NCBI GenBank assembly: GCA_965207225.1
Contig: CBDBLV010000005.1
Location: 1,088,001-1,152,000, forward strand
Length of the DNA: 64,000 bases
From: Dehalococcoidia bacterium
Lineage (GTDB): Bacteria; Chloroflexota; Dehalococcoidia; Plut-88900
Reading direction: 5' to 3'
Below the pieces are notes generated by a model that was not told the DNA's origin, made no database searches, and saw only the letters and a program-made list of their open reading frames with translations. Made by a program: the position numbers and the translations under genes. Shown in pieces: positions 9,811 through 18,361 of the stretch (positions within the stretch are counted from its first letter, which is position 1; every line of letters starts with the position of its first letter).

Positions 9811-9930
9811 GGAACCCTCACCCCCTTTATCCCCCTCTCCCTTAGGGCCTTTAAAGGAGAGGGGGAAAGAAGAACAGAGGCAGAGGTTGGCGCTGAAGCG
9901 CCAACCTCTGCCTCTAGTTCAATACTGGGG
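9811..9930 (+). repeat. Composite double-hairpin cassette, copy a
   Basis: GGAACCCTCACCCCC..CCCCCTCTCC..GGAGAGGGGG..AGAGGC[hairpin]GCCTCTAGTT..TACTGGGG; other copies at 32282, 35807, 49953, partial at 11443. Confidence 0.9.
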
Positions 9931-10025
9931 AGAAGGGAGGGGATGACGCATAAGGAAGGGGCGAGGATGGATTCACGCCGTGGGCGCATCTTGCAGCCGG
10001 CTCGGGGGCGGGATGACGGAGGGGG

Positions 10026-11354
10026 TCAGGGAGGGGGGCGGCCCCGGGCGATGCGGGGTGGGGGGTCTTCGTCATGGGGTGACGGGTCGGTGGTATGCGG
10101 GCCATCCCACGCTCGTACTTCGAGGGTCTCAGCATGAGCGGCACCACCGACGGGGAGGGGATCACCCTCACCCCAACCCTCTCCCCTCAAGGGAGAGGGG
10201 GTAGGACTCCTTCCCTCGGCCCTACCGTCAGGGAGGGTATCGATGTGGGTGGCGTCCAGGGTACCCACAAGGGGCACCCCTACGGGGGAGGGGAGGGTGT
10301 CGGCGTCTTCATCGTCATCAGGGTCGGGGTCATAGTCGTCGTCTTCGTCGTCATCCTCTTCGAGGTCATCAAGGAAGTCCGGGGGGATGTAGGTCCCGGC
10401 GAACCTGCGCATGGCCTGTTCATCGGCTGGCCATTCATCTTCTTCCGGGGGCCAGGGCTCGTCGGGGTCGATGAGGCCGAAGCGCCAGCGGTTATGGATG
10501 GGGATGAGGTGTCTCCAGGGCCACCACCTGTCTCCGGGCCGGGCCATGCGGACGGGGATGAGGTCGCGGAAGTCGAGGTCACCCCTGTCTACGTTGTCCT
10601 GGAAGACCTTCTTGATGAGATTGTCGATTTGCTCTTCGTCGGTGAGCTGCTTGGGGGCCTTGGCCTGGGCCGAGTATGCCCGGATGATGAGTCGGAGGCA
10701 GCGGTTGATCTGGGTGTAGTCCAGGGGGCGCGTGCTCAAGAGGCGGTTGGTCAACGAGCGGAGGAGGGCGATTTCGCCTTCGATGTCCGGGCTGTCGGTG
10801 CACAGCCGGGGCAGGGAAGGAGAAGTGTGGGACAGGGAGCGGCGACGGTTGGGGCGTCGGCCCCTGGGCCTTCGGCCGCGCCCGACGGGGCGGGAAGTCT
10901 TCCGCGGCTTGCGGCCGCGGGCATCCGTGCCCTGGTAGGTAGCCCGGGCACGGGGACTCTTCCGCGGTGCAGCACCGCAGGCATCCGCTTCTACGCCCGG
11001 TAAGGCGGAGCGGGGGTTCTTCCGCGGCGCAATGCCGCAGGCATCCGCTTCTACGCCCGGTAAGGCGGAGCGGGGGTTCTTCCGCGGCGCAGTGCCGCAT
11101 GCATCCGCTTCTACGCCCGGGGAGGCGGAGCGGGGTCTCTTCCGCGGCTCAGTGCCGCAGGCATCCGTGCCCTGGCAGGCAGCCCGGGTACGGGGGTTCT
11201 TCCGCGGTCTGCGGCCGCGGGCATCCGCGAGGGGGTCGGGCTTGAGGAGACCAACCGCCTCTTGAGCAGGCGCCCCTTTTTGGGGGCGTCGGGGGCCCGG
11301 TTTGGCGGGCCCCCTGTTTGACAAGGTCTTGTTGTGATGTTTGGGTGTAGACAT
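10026..11354 (-). CDS. Hypothetical protein of dispersed element, copy 1 (20-aa repeats, EIALLR helical domain, acidic tail)
   Basis: Paralog of 48772-49857 with shared MSTPK start, EIALLRS..NRLLS.RPLD core, WWPWR.L and RIARGRPPP end. Confidence 0.65.
   Translation of the reverse strand: MSTPKHHNKTLSNRGPAKPGPRRPQKGAPAQEAVGLLKPDPLADARGRRPRKNPRTRAACQGTDACGTEPRKRPRSASPGVEADACGTAPRKNPRSALPGVEADACGIAPRKNPRSALPGVEADACGAAPRKSPRARATYQGTDARGRKPRKTSRPVGRGRRPRGRRPNRRRSLSHTSPSLPRLCTDSPDIEGEIALLRSLTNRLLSTRPLDYTQINRCLRLIIRAYSAQAKAPKQLTDEEQIDNLIKKVFQDNVDRGDLDFRDLIPVRMARPGDRWWPWRHLIPIHNRWRFGLIDPDEPWPPEEDEWPADEQAMRRFAGTYIPPDFLDDLEEDDDEDDDYDPDPDDDEDADTLPSPVGVPLVGTLDATHIDTLPDGRAEGRSPTPSPLRGEGWGEGDPLPVGGAAHAETLEVRAWDGPHTTDPSPHDEDPPPRIARGRPPP
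10251..10283 (-). repeat. GTAG-type REP palindrome inside ORF
   Basis: Minus strand GTAG-GGGTGCCC-CTTGT-GGGTACCC; identical copy at 48892-48924. Confidence 0.8.
10891..11227. repeat. 60-bp-period tandem array (six 37-nt conserved blocks, five 23-nt linkers)
   Basis: CGGGGGTTCTTCCGCGG-N7-CCGCRGGCATCCG-like blocks start at 10891, 10951, 11011, 11071, 11131 and 11191. Confidence 0.95.
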
Positions 11355-11368
11355 TAGGTCTGAACGTT

Positions 11369-11396
11369 AGTATAGAACGTATATGGCAGAAGTCAA
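11369..11396 (-). promoter_or_regulatory. Sigma70-like promoter TTGACT-N16-TATACT
   Basis: Same architecture as TTGACA-N16-TATACT at 49872-49899 ahead of the paralog. Confidence 0.7.
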
Positions 11397-11694
11397 GAGG
11401 CAAAGGGGGTGTTTTGGGGGGATTTTCCCCCCGGCCCCTCAAGGGAACCCTCTCCGCCTTGGGCCTCTAGTTCAGTACTGGGGGGAAGGCATCCCCTCCC
11501 GGCCGCCCCGGGAGTAATATGAGTCCCGCCCGCCCGCCCTGTTTTATTGACATATCAAAAATGCGTTGCATTTTTGATATGTCTTTGCCAAGGGGGGAGG
11601 AGGGTGGGAAGGGTGTGAGCAGCTATGGACGAGGTAGGTTGGGGGAGGGGCGTTTGAGATTCCTCGCGGGGCTTCGGAATGGGAAAGGGGTGAT

Positions 11695-12006
11695 GGTGAA
11701 TGCCGAGGTGGGTTTGGGGGACCTGCACCGAACCGCCCCAGATTCCTCACTGCCGTTCGGAATGACAGTGAGGGGCGTCGGCTGACGGTGGAGGTATGCG
11801 AGGGCTTGAAGATGCGTGGGCCACCCCCCGCTCATACTTCGACGGAGCTCAGCACGAGCGGCCCCACCCCACGCCGGGGATGGATTCCCGATCAGGGTCG
11901 GGAATGACGGAGATGGGGGGAGGGGGGGTGAATGGCGAGGTGGGTTGGGAGACCTGCACCGAACCGCCCCAGATTCCTCACTGCCGTTCGGAATGACAGT
12001 GAGGGG
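11695..12006 (+). repeat. About 80-bp direct repeat (11695-11775, 11927-12006) flanking family A and B palindromes
   Basis: GACCTGCACCGAACCGCCCCAGATTCCTCACTGCCGTTCGGAATGACAGTGAGGGG occurs twice. Confidence 0.9.
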
Positions 12007-12037
12007 TGTGGATTGGGGGGGCGGCGGGGGAGTCTTG

Positions 12038-12802
12038 TTAGCGGGCCTGGTAGTTGGGTTTTCGTTTTTCGGAGAAGGCTTTGGGGCCTTCTTTGCTGTC
12101 GGCGCTTTCGTAGAGGGCTGACATGAGGGTGTGGACGAGGTGGAGACCCTCGTTGTGGGGCATGTTGGAGCCGCGGTAGGCGAGGTCCCGGGTGACGCGT
12201 ACGGAAAGGGGGGCGTTTTCGCAGATGCGCCGGGCCAGGGACTCGGCGGTGGACATGAGGGCGTCGGGGGGCACCACCTGGCTCACGAGGCCGATACGCA
12301 GGGCCTTTTCGGCGTCGATGAAGTCGCCGGTTAACAGGAGCTCCATGGCGTCGGACATGCCGATTATTTTGGGGAGGCGCAGGGCGCCATAGCCGTGGAG
12401 GAGGCCCCAGCGGGGCTCGGGGCAGCCGAAGGAGGCGGTATTCGAGGCGATCCTGATGTCGCAGGCGATGGCCAGCTCGAGGCCACCGGCGAGGCAGTAG
12501 CCGTTGATGGCGGCAATGAAGGGCTTCACGGACATGGGCTGGTCATAGTGCTTGAACATGGAGTAGGGCTGGCCCGGGCCTTCAAGCTCCCGGGTGACGT
12601 ACTCCTTGAGGTCTCCCCCGGCGCTGAATGCCCTGTCGCCCGCGCCGGTTACTATGGCGACCCAGACATTCGGGTCCCGGTCGACTTCCTCGATAGCGGT
12701 ACGGAGCCTCTGCTTAAGCTCCTCGTTGATGGCGTTCATGGCCTGGGGTCGATTCATGGTGATGTAGGCGACCCTGTCGCGGACTTCGTAGTCTAGAACC
12801 AT
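12038..12802 (-). CDS. Enoyl-CoA hydratase/isomerase
   Basis: NRPQAMNA, FSAGGDL, AAINGYCLAGGLELAIACDIR, FSEKRKP. Confidence 0.92.
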   Translation of the reverse strand: MVLDYEVRDRVAYITMNRPQAMNAINEELKQRLRTAIEEVDRDPNVWVAIVTGAGDRAFSAGGDLKEYVTRELEGPGQPYSMFKHYDQPMSVKPFIAAINGYCLAGGLELAIACDIRIASNTASFGCPEPRWGLLHGYGALRLPKIIGMSDAMELLLTGDFIDAEKALRIGLVSQVVPPDALMSTAESLARRICENAPLSVRVTRDLAYRGSNMPHNEGLHLVHTLMSALYESADSKEGPKAFSEKRKPNYQAR

Positions 12803-13554
12803 GACTTGCCTCTCTGGTAGCCACCGGTAAGCTGGACGGCAGTTCCCGACACCCACCTGGATGCGGGGCTGGCGAGGTGCCTGATCATCTCGCCGATGTC
12901 CCTGGGGGTACCGATGCCGAGGGGGTATTCGACGAGAACCTCGGCCTTGCGCTCCTCGGACCAGCCGGGCTCACGGGAGTCGATGGCGCCGGGCATGAGG
13001 GCGACGACCCTGATGCCGTAGTCGGCGCCCTGGAGGGCAAACTCCATGGTCATGCCGAGCAGCGCTGCCTTGCTGGCGTTGTAGGCCGGTGACATCCCGG
13101 GCTCCCCGACGCGAGCGGCCTGGGAGCTCATGTTGGCGATGAATCCCTTTTTCGCCTTCATCATCGGGCCCAGGGCGGCCCTGGAGCAGTAGAAGACGCC
13201 GTTGACGTTCACGTCTATAGTGCGTCGCCATTCCTCGTCGGGGAGGTCCCAGGCGTTGCCCCTGGGGGCGTCTATGCCGGCGTTGTTGACGAGGATGTCG
13301 AGCCGGCCAAATTCGTTTGTGGCCAGGTCGACGAGGGCGTCGGCTTCCCTGGGGTTGCTGGTATCCATGACCATGCCAACGGCCTCGGCACCCATGTCCT
13401 TGATCTCGGAGACGGTCCTGTCGGCGGGCTGGATGTCACCGATGACGATCTTGACCCCGGCCTCGGCGAGGACGCGGGCTATGCCGCGCCCTATGCCCTG
13501 GGCCGCGCCGGTAACTATGGCAACTTCGCCGGAAATGTCTGAACTATCGCCCAT
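12793..13554 (-). CDS. Short-chain dehydrogenase/reductase
   Basis: TGAAQGIG, NNAG, YNASK. Confidence 0.92.
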   Translation of the reverse strand: MGDSSDISGEVAIVTGAAQGIGRGIARVLAEAGVKIVIGDIQPADRTVSEIKDMGAEAVGMVMDTSNPREADALVDLATNEFGRLDILVNNAGIDAPRGNAWDLPDEEWRRTIDVNVNGVFYCSRAALGPMMKAKKGFIANMSSQAARVGEPGMSPAYNASKAALLGMTMEFALQGADYGIRVVALMPGAIDSREPGWSEERKAEVLVEYPLGIGTPRDIGEMIRHLASPASRWVSGTAVQLTGGYQRGKSWF

Positions 13555-13574
13555 GATGCAAACCTCCGCTGGCG

Positions 13575-14831
13575 CTAGTCGCCGATCAGTGGGGCCTCGG
13601 CCGATACACGCCCTTCCAACAACCGGTTGTATTCGTTCTCTCCCAGCCCGAGGACTTCGCAGAAGACCCTGCGGTTGTGCTCACCGTAGAGAGGGGCGGG
13701 GGAATGACTTCCCCCGGGCGTCTTCGACATCTTGAAGGGCATCCCGAAGTGGGGGTATTTGCCCACGGACGGATGATCCGTGATCTCGAAGAAGCCGCGC
13801 TCCTTGAAGTGGGGGTCTTCGAAGAGGTCGTTGGCCTTGCTCACGATACCACAGGGCACCCCGGCTTCCTGGAGTCGGGCCATCACCTCCCTGGCCCCCA
13901 GAGCAGAGGTCCAGGCGTTGATCGACTCATCGATCTCATCCTGGAGGCGGAAACGGGCGAGGATATGGCGATACCGGGACTCCCGGAGGAGGTCATTGCG
14001 TCCCATCGTCGTGCACAGGGCCTCCCAGTGCCTATCGCTCTCGGCTGAGATAGCCACCCATTCGTCTTCACCCTTGCAGCGGTAGGCGCCCTGGGGGGCG
14101 CGGGAGAGGTGTCGGGCGCCGAGGCGTTTCCTGATGCGGCCATTCATGGTGTAGTCGAGCACCGAGTCGCTGAGGATGCCGATGAACCCCTCCTGCTGAG
14201 ACAGGTCCATCCGGGCTCCCCGGCCCGTACGCTGTCGCCTTTGCAGGGCGGCAAGTATGGCGTAGACCCCCCACATCCCCGACCCAGGGTCCGTGTAGGC
14301 CCCGGAAGAGCGTACTGGCGGGCCGTCGGGGTGTCCGGTCATGTGGGAAAGGCCGGTCATTCCTTCGAGGGCCTCGCCGAAGCAGACGTAGTCCCTGTAG
14401 GGCCCCGACCTCCCGAAGGAGGGCATGCTAATCATAACCAGGTCGGGGCGGACCTTTACCAAGTCTTCGTATTCGAGGCGGAGGTTGCCCATGACCCGGG
14501 CGCTGTAGTTCTCGATCACCACGTCGGCAATGGACACGAGACCAAGGAGGAGGTCTCGACCCCGTTCCGTCTGAAGGTCCAGGGCTACACTGTTCTTGTT
14601 GCGGTTGCCCATGTGGAAGTAGGAGCCGCGGTTGTGGGGATCCTCGGTGTCCTCTATGCCGTCGGGGGGGAGCATGTACCGGACGGCATCGACGTATACG
14701 GTGGCCTCGACGCGTATGACTTCGGCGCCGAGGGAGGCCATGAACTGGGTGGCGTAGGGCCCGGCCCAGTAGCGGGTCAGGTCGACGATCCTGATGTTCC
14801 TGAGAGGCAGATTCTTTAACTGGACGTTCAT
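13575..14831 (-). CDS. Family III CoA transferase (CaiB/BaiF)
   Basis: DLTRYWAGP, NRNKNSVALDL, ADVVIENY. Confidence 0.92.
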   Translation of the reverse strand: MNVQLKNLPLRNIRIVDLTRYWAGPYATQFMASLGAEVIRVEATVYVDAVRYMLPPDGIEDTEDPHNRGSYFHMGNRNKNSVALDLQTERGRDLLLGLVSIADVVIENYSARVMGNLRLEYEDLVKVRPDLVMISMPSFGRSGPYRDYVCFGEALEGMTGLSHMTGHPDGPPVRSSGAYTDPGSGMWGVYAILAALQRRQRTGRGARMDLSQQEGFIGILSDSVLDYTMNGRIRKRLGARHLSRAPQGAYRCKGEDEWVAISAESDRHWEALCTTMGRNDLLRESRYRHILARFRLQDEIDESINAWTSALGAREVMARLQEAGVPCGIVSKANDLFEDPHFKERGFFEITDHPSVGKYPHFGMPFKMSKTPGGSHSPAPLYGEHNRRVFCEVLGLGENEYNRLLEGRVSAEAPLIGD

Positions 14832-14832
14832 G

Positions 14833-16041
14833 TCAGATCACTCGTCCCGAGCCAAGCATCGCCAGCTCCCGGTCGGAGATGCCCAGCCTGTGCTGATAGA
14901 TCTCCCTGTTGGCTTCGCCGAGGGTCGGGGCCGGGGCGGGGGGTGGGGCGGGTTCACCTTCGACCGTGAGGCCGGTGCCCGGCAGGCTGATTTCTCCGAA
15001 GTCGGGGTGGTCGAGCTTTTGGAAGAAGCCCCGTTCGTTGAGGTGCTTGTCGTTGAAGAGGTTTTCCGCGGTGTCGACCTTGGCGCAGGGTATTCTCAGA
15101 AGCTGGGAAAGCTCGAAGGCCTCCTCCGTGTCCTGCTCGCCCAGCCAAGCGCCGATAGAGTCCCACAGGGTCTGCTTGGCCTCCTCGGGGATGGCCCTGG
15201 ACAGAGCCGATTCGAAGGTGTCCACGAGCTCCGGGTGGCCGATCATCTCGAAGAGGGATTGGCGCTGCTGCTGGGTCAGGGAAGTCACGATCATGTAGCC
15301 GTCCCGGGTGCGGTACATGTCGCAAAGGGGGGTGGGGGGAGAGAGGGTGCTTCCGGTGCGGCCCCGGACGATTCCCTGGTAGGTGTAAAGGACGAGGGTG
15401 GTTTCGAGGTAATTGGCGGCGACCTCCAGCATTGCAAGGTCGACCATCTGCCCCTGCCCCGAGGCCTCCCTGCCGTGGAGAGCGGCAAGGGCAGCGATGA
15501 CCCCGGCCATCCCAGAAATGAACTGGGGAAGGTAGCCGCCGGAGGGCACGGGCTGCTGGTCGGGGAAGCCGGTGGGGTACATGAGCCCGCTTACGGCGTT
15601 CTGTATGAGATCGTTGGCCTGGTAGGCGGAGTAGGGGCCCCACTGGCCGAAGTCGGACACCGAGATCTGGACGAGGGCCGGGTTGGCTGCGCTGAGGGCG
15701 TCGTAGTTGAGGCCGAGGGAGTCGAGGTGGCCGGGGGGAAAGCTCTCTACGAGTACGTCAGCCTGGGCGACGAGGTGTTGGAAGATGCGGCGGCCGGCGG
15801 CGTTGGTCGGGTCAAGGGTGAGGCTACGCTTGCCACTGTTGAGGTAGAGGAAAAGGCCGCTTCTTTCGTTGTGGGGAATGTCGTTGAAGAAGGGGGCGAA
15901 GGTCCTGACGGGGTCGCCGGAGGCTGGGGGCTCGAGTTTCAGGACCTCGGCGCCGCAGCGGCCGAGGAGCCTTGAACAGAACGACCCGGCGATGCCATTG
16001 CTTGCGTCCAGGACTTTGAGGTCTTTCAGCCAGGAGTCCAT
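14833..16041 (-). CDS. Family III CoA transferase (possible partner subunit)
   Basis: GAEVLKLEPP.GDP.R, FLYLNSGKRSLTLD, APTLGEAN. Confidence 0.9.
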   Translation of the reverse strand: MDSWLKDLKVLDASNGIAGSFCSRLLGRCGAEVLKLEPPASGDPVRTFAPFFNDIPHNERSGLFLYLNSGKRSLTLDPTNAAGRRIFQHLVAQADVLVESFPPGHLDSLGLNYDALSAANPALVQISVSDFGQWGPYSAYQANDLIQNAVSGLMYPTGFPDQQPVPSGGYLPQFISGMAGVIAALAALHGREASGQGQMVDLAMLEVAANYLETTLVLYTYQGIVRGRTGSTLSPPTPLCDMYRTRDGYMIVTSLTQQQRQSLFEMIGHPELVDTFESALSRAIPEEAKQTLWDSIGAWLGEQDTEEAFELSQLLRIPCAKVDTAENLFNDKHLNERGFFQKLDHPDFGEISLPGTGLTVEGEPAPPPAPAPTLGEANREIYQHRLGISDRELAMLGSGRVI

Positions 16042-16145
16042 AAATTGCCGTGTCGTCGCCTAAAGCATGGGCGCCATATGCACCGGCCACACATGACGCC
16101 CACTTAATTCCTTATGTTTGAGGACGGGGAACTTCCGCTGTCTTC

Positions 16146-17480
16146 CTAGTAACCGACGGCGTCCAGGGAGGCGTCGACGGCGTCCACGTATGCGTCCATT
16201 TCCTCGTGGCCCATGGCGGTAGAGATGCAGGCCAGGCCCCGGCCTGCGTAGACGATCCCTCGCCCCAACATCTCGTGGGTGAACTTGTTGAAGGTCTCCT
16301 GGCCCGGGCCTGAGGCCTCGAACTCCCGGAAGTCGTTCCATTTCTTGTCTCCAAGGTGGAACCAGAAGAGGGAGCCGATGCCGGTGACCTGGGCTGGGAC
16401 TTCTTTCCTGACTATGAGGTCGTTGAGCTTGCCCCGGGCGTAGTCCCCAAGTTCGCCGATGCGGTCGTATTCCTCGGGGGTCATCATCTTCATGGCGGTG
16501 AGGCCGGCGGTCATGGTCACGGGGTTGGCGTTGAAGGTGCCGCCGTGGTGCACCTTGTGCCCGGAGCGGTGGTCGAAGACCTCCATGACGTCGTCGGTGC
16601 CGGCCACCGCGCCAACGGGGAAGCCGCCGCCGATTATCTTGGCCAGGGCGGTGAGGTCGGGGTTGATGCCGAAGTGGTCGCAGGCGCCTTTGTAGGAGAT
16701 ACGGAAGCTTATGACCTCATCGGCTATCAGGAGAATGCCGAAGTCCTGGGTAATCTTCCTGATCTGCTCCAGGAAGCCGGGGGCCGGGGGCACCCACCCG
16801 AGGGCGGCGGGGAGGGGATCGATGACTACGGCGGCAAGCTCGTCCCTGTGGCGCTCGATTATGGAGGCGCAGGCGTCGATGTTGTTCCAGGGCATGGCGA
16901 TGACTTCTTCGGTGACCCTGGGGGAGACGCTGGGCTCGGACACGCTGGTCGGGAACACGGGGTCGCCCCAGTCATTGGGGTTGGCGGCCTCGCTGACCTG
17001 GGCGTAGTCGTAGCTGCCGTGGTATGCACCTTCGATCTTGGCGATCTTGAACCTGCCGGTGCGGGCCCGGGCGGCCTTGATGCACAGCATGACCGCCTCG
17101 CTGCCCGAGTTGCAGAAGCGGAGCTTGTCTATGTAGTCGATGCGGTCTACCAGGAGGTTGGCGAGCTCGACCTCGGGCTCGGTGGGCATGGCGAAGGCGG
17201 TGCCCATTTCCAGCTGCTTGCTGACGGCTTCGACGATAGTCGGGTGGGCGTGGCCGTGGATGAGGGAGGTCATGTTGTTGATGAAGTCGAGGCGCTCCTC
17301 CCCTTCCACGTCGACGAGCTTGCAGCCGCTGGCCCTGCTGACGTAGATGGGGTAGGGGTTCATGGTAACGGAGTGGCGGCTGTTCCCGCCGGGCAGCACC
17401 CTGAGGCCCTGCTCGTAGAGCTGCTTCGAGCGGGACGTTTCTGATCTGTACGCGATAGTCTCGGGGGTGGCGCCGGCCAT
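16146..17480 (-). CDS. Class III aminotransferase, GSA-aminomutase-like
   Basis: LPGGNSR, RFCNSGSEA, GAYHG, DEVISFR, AKIIGGGFPVG, GTFNANP. Confidence 0.9.
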   Translation of the reverse strand: MAGATPETIAYRSETSRSKQLYEQGLRVLPGGNSRHSVTMNPYPIYVSRASGCKLVDVEGEERLDFINNMTSLIHGHAHPTIVEAVSKQLEMGTAFAMPTEPEVELANLLVDRIDYIDKLRFCNSGSEAVMLCIKAARARTGRFKIAKIEGAYHGSYDYAQVSEAANPNDWGDPVFPTSVSEPSVSPRVTEEVIAMPWNNIDACASIIERHRDELAAVVIDPLPAALGWVPPAPGFLEQIRKITQDFGILLIADEVISFRISYKGACDHFGINPDLTALAKIIGGGFPVGAVAGTDDVMEVFDHRSGHKVHHGGTFNANPVTMTAGLTAMKMMTPEEYDRIGELGDYARGKLNDLIVRKEVPAQVTGIGSLFWFHLGDKKWNDFREFEASGPGQETFNKFTHEMLGRGIVYAGRGLACISTAMGHEEMDAYVDAVDASLDAVGY

Positions 17481-17652
17481 GGGATACCTCCTGATGGTGA
17501 AAGCCCCGTCCAGGGGCTAGGAGAGAATATCAGAGGGGTCGGGGGTGTGCAATGGGCGTAGGGCTTCGTCACTGGCTTCTCCGTAATGGCAGAATGGTGG
17601 TAGAACTAATTGGTCGCTGGGAAAATACCTGTTTCCAACGCAGGTCCAGGGA

Positions 17653-17682
17653 TGCTATAATCTAGCCAGTTAATCTAGCCAG
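17653..17682 (+). promoter_or_regulatory. Extended -10 (TGCTATAAT) with tandem TAATCTAGCCAG repeats, likely TA autoregulatory operator
   Basis: 12-nt direct repeat at 17658-17669 and 17671-17682 overlapping the -10 box. Confidence 0.6.
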
Positions 17683-17691
17683 GTGATTATT

Positions 17692-17946
17692 ATGAATGAG
17701 TGGCCTTTACAGGACGCCAAGAATAGATTCAGTGCCCTAGTCAACGCTGCGCTAGCGGGAGAGCCGCAACGAGTAACCCGACGCGGTCAACCTGCGGTGG
17801 TGGTATTGGCCTCAGAGGAGTACGAACGCCTTCGCGGTATGGAAAAAGCCAATGCGCCTACCCTAGTCGAGTTGCTTCTACAAATGCCCCAAGACGACCA
17901 GGAATTCGAGCGGCTACCTCTTCCATTTCGACCCGTTGATCTGTGA
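17692..17946 (+). CDS. Phd/YefM antitoxin
   Basis: WPLQDAKNRFSALV...PQRVTRRGQPAVVVL..EEY. Confidence 0.92.
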   Translation: MNEWPLQDAKNRFSALVNAALAGEPQRVTRRGQPAVVVLASEEYERLRGMEKANAPTLVELLLQMPQDDQEFERLPLPFRPVDL

Positions 17947-18350
17947 TGTTACTGCTAGATACTGATGTGTTGTCGTTGGTTCGACGGCGTGAGCGCAATC
18001 CTGGGTTAGTGCGGTGGTTAGAGGCCCAAAAGTTAGCCGAGGTTTACCTTAGCGTAGTGTCGTTAGGAGAAGTAGAGCGCGGGATCGCCCAGCAACGTCG
18101 GCGCAACCCAGCATTCGCCTACTCTCTAACCCTCTGGTTGGAAAGCGTCCTAGCCTGGTGTGGGGAACGAATTTTGCCAATAGACCTCGCTATAGCAAGC
18201 CGTTGGGGTCGGCTGTCGGCAGCACTTGGTCACCCAAGCGTGGACCTCTTTATTGCCGCCACAGCCCTTGAGCACGGACTAGCCGTGGTTACTCGCAACG
18301 TTCGCCATTTCGAACCGACAGGAGTGCGGGTCGTAAATCCCTTTGCCTGA
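17943..18350 (+). CDS. vapC: VapC PIN toxin
   Basis: LLDTDVLS, GEVERG, DLFIAATALEHGL.VVTRNVRHF. Confidence 0.92.
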   Translation: MMLLLDTDVLSLVRRRERNPGLVRWLEAQKLAEVYLSVVSLGEVERGIAQQRRRNPAFAYSLTLWLESVLAWCGERILPIDLAIASRWGRLSAALGHPSVDLFIAATALEHGLAVVTRNVRHFEPTGVRVVNPFA

Positions 18351-18361
18351 AGGATTTCCCT

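Noticed and set aside
10891-11227. CRISPR array
   Set aside because: Linkers recur (first resembles fifth; second equals third and resembles fourth) and are self-complementary, the repeat loop varies, the period keeps an ORF in frame, and no cas genes are in the window
10891-11227. Hammerhead ribozyme repeats (GGATG..GAAG joints on the minus strand)
   Set aside because: The required CUGANGA and GAAA core is absent
10026-11354. Retron or DGR assignment for the dispersed element
   Set aside because: No reverse transcriptase in the window and no TR/VR pair with adenine-specific mismatches; only the inverted-repeat topology is analogous
11355-11400. LexA SOS box at the element promoters
   Set aside because: GAAC/GTTC half-sites are present but do not form GAAC-N4-GTTC or GTTC-N7-GTTC
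16146-17480. Housekeeping hemL
   Set aside because: Lacks the GGVNSPVR signature and sits in a catabolic cluster, so it is left as a class III aminotransferase
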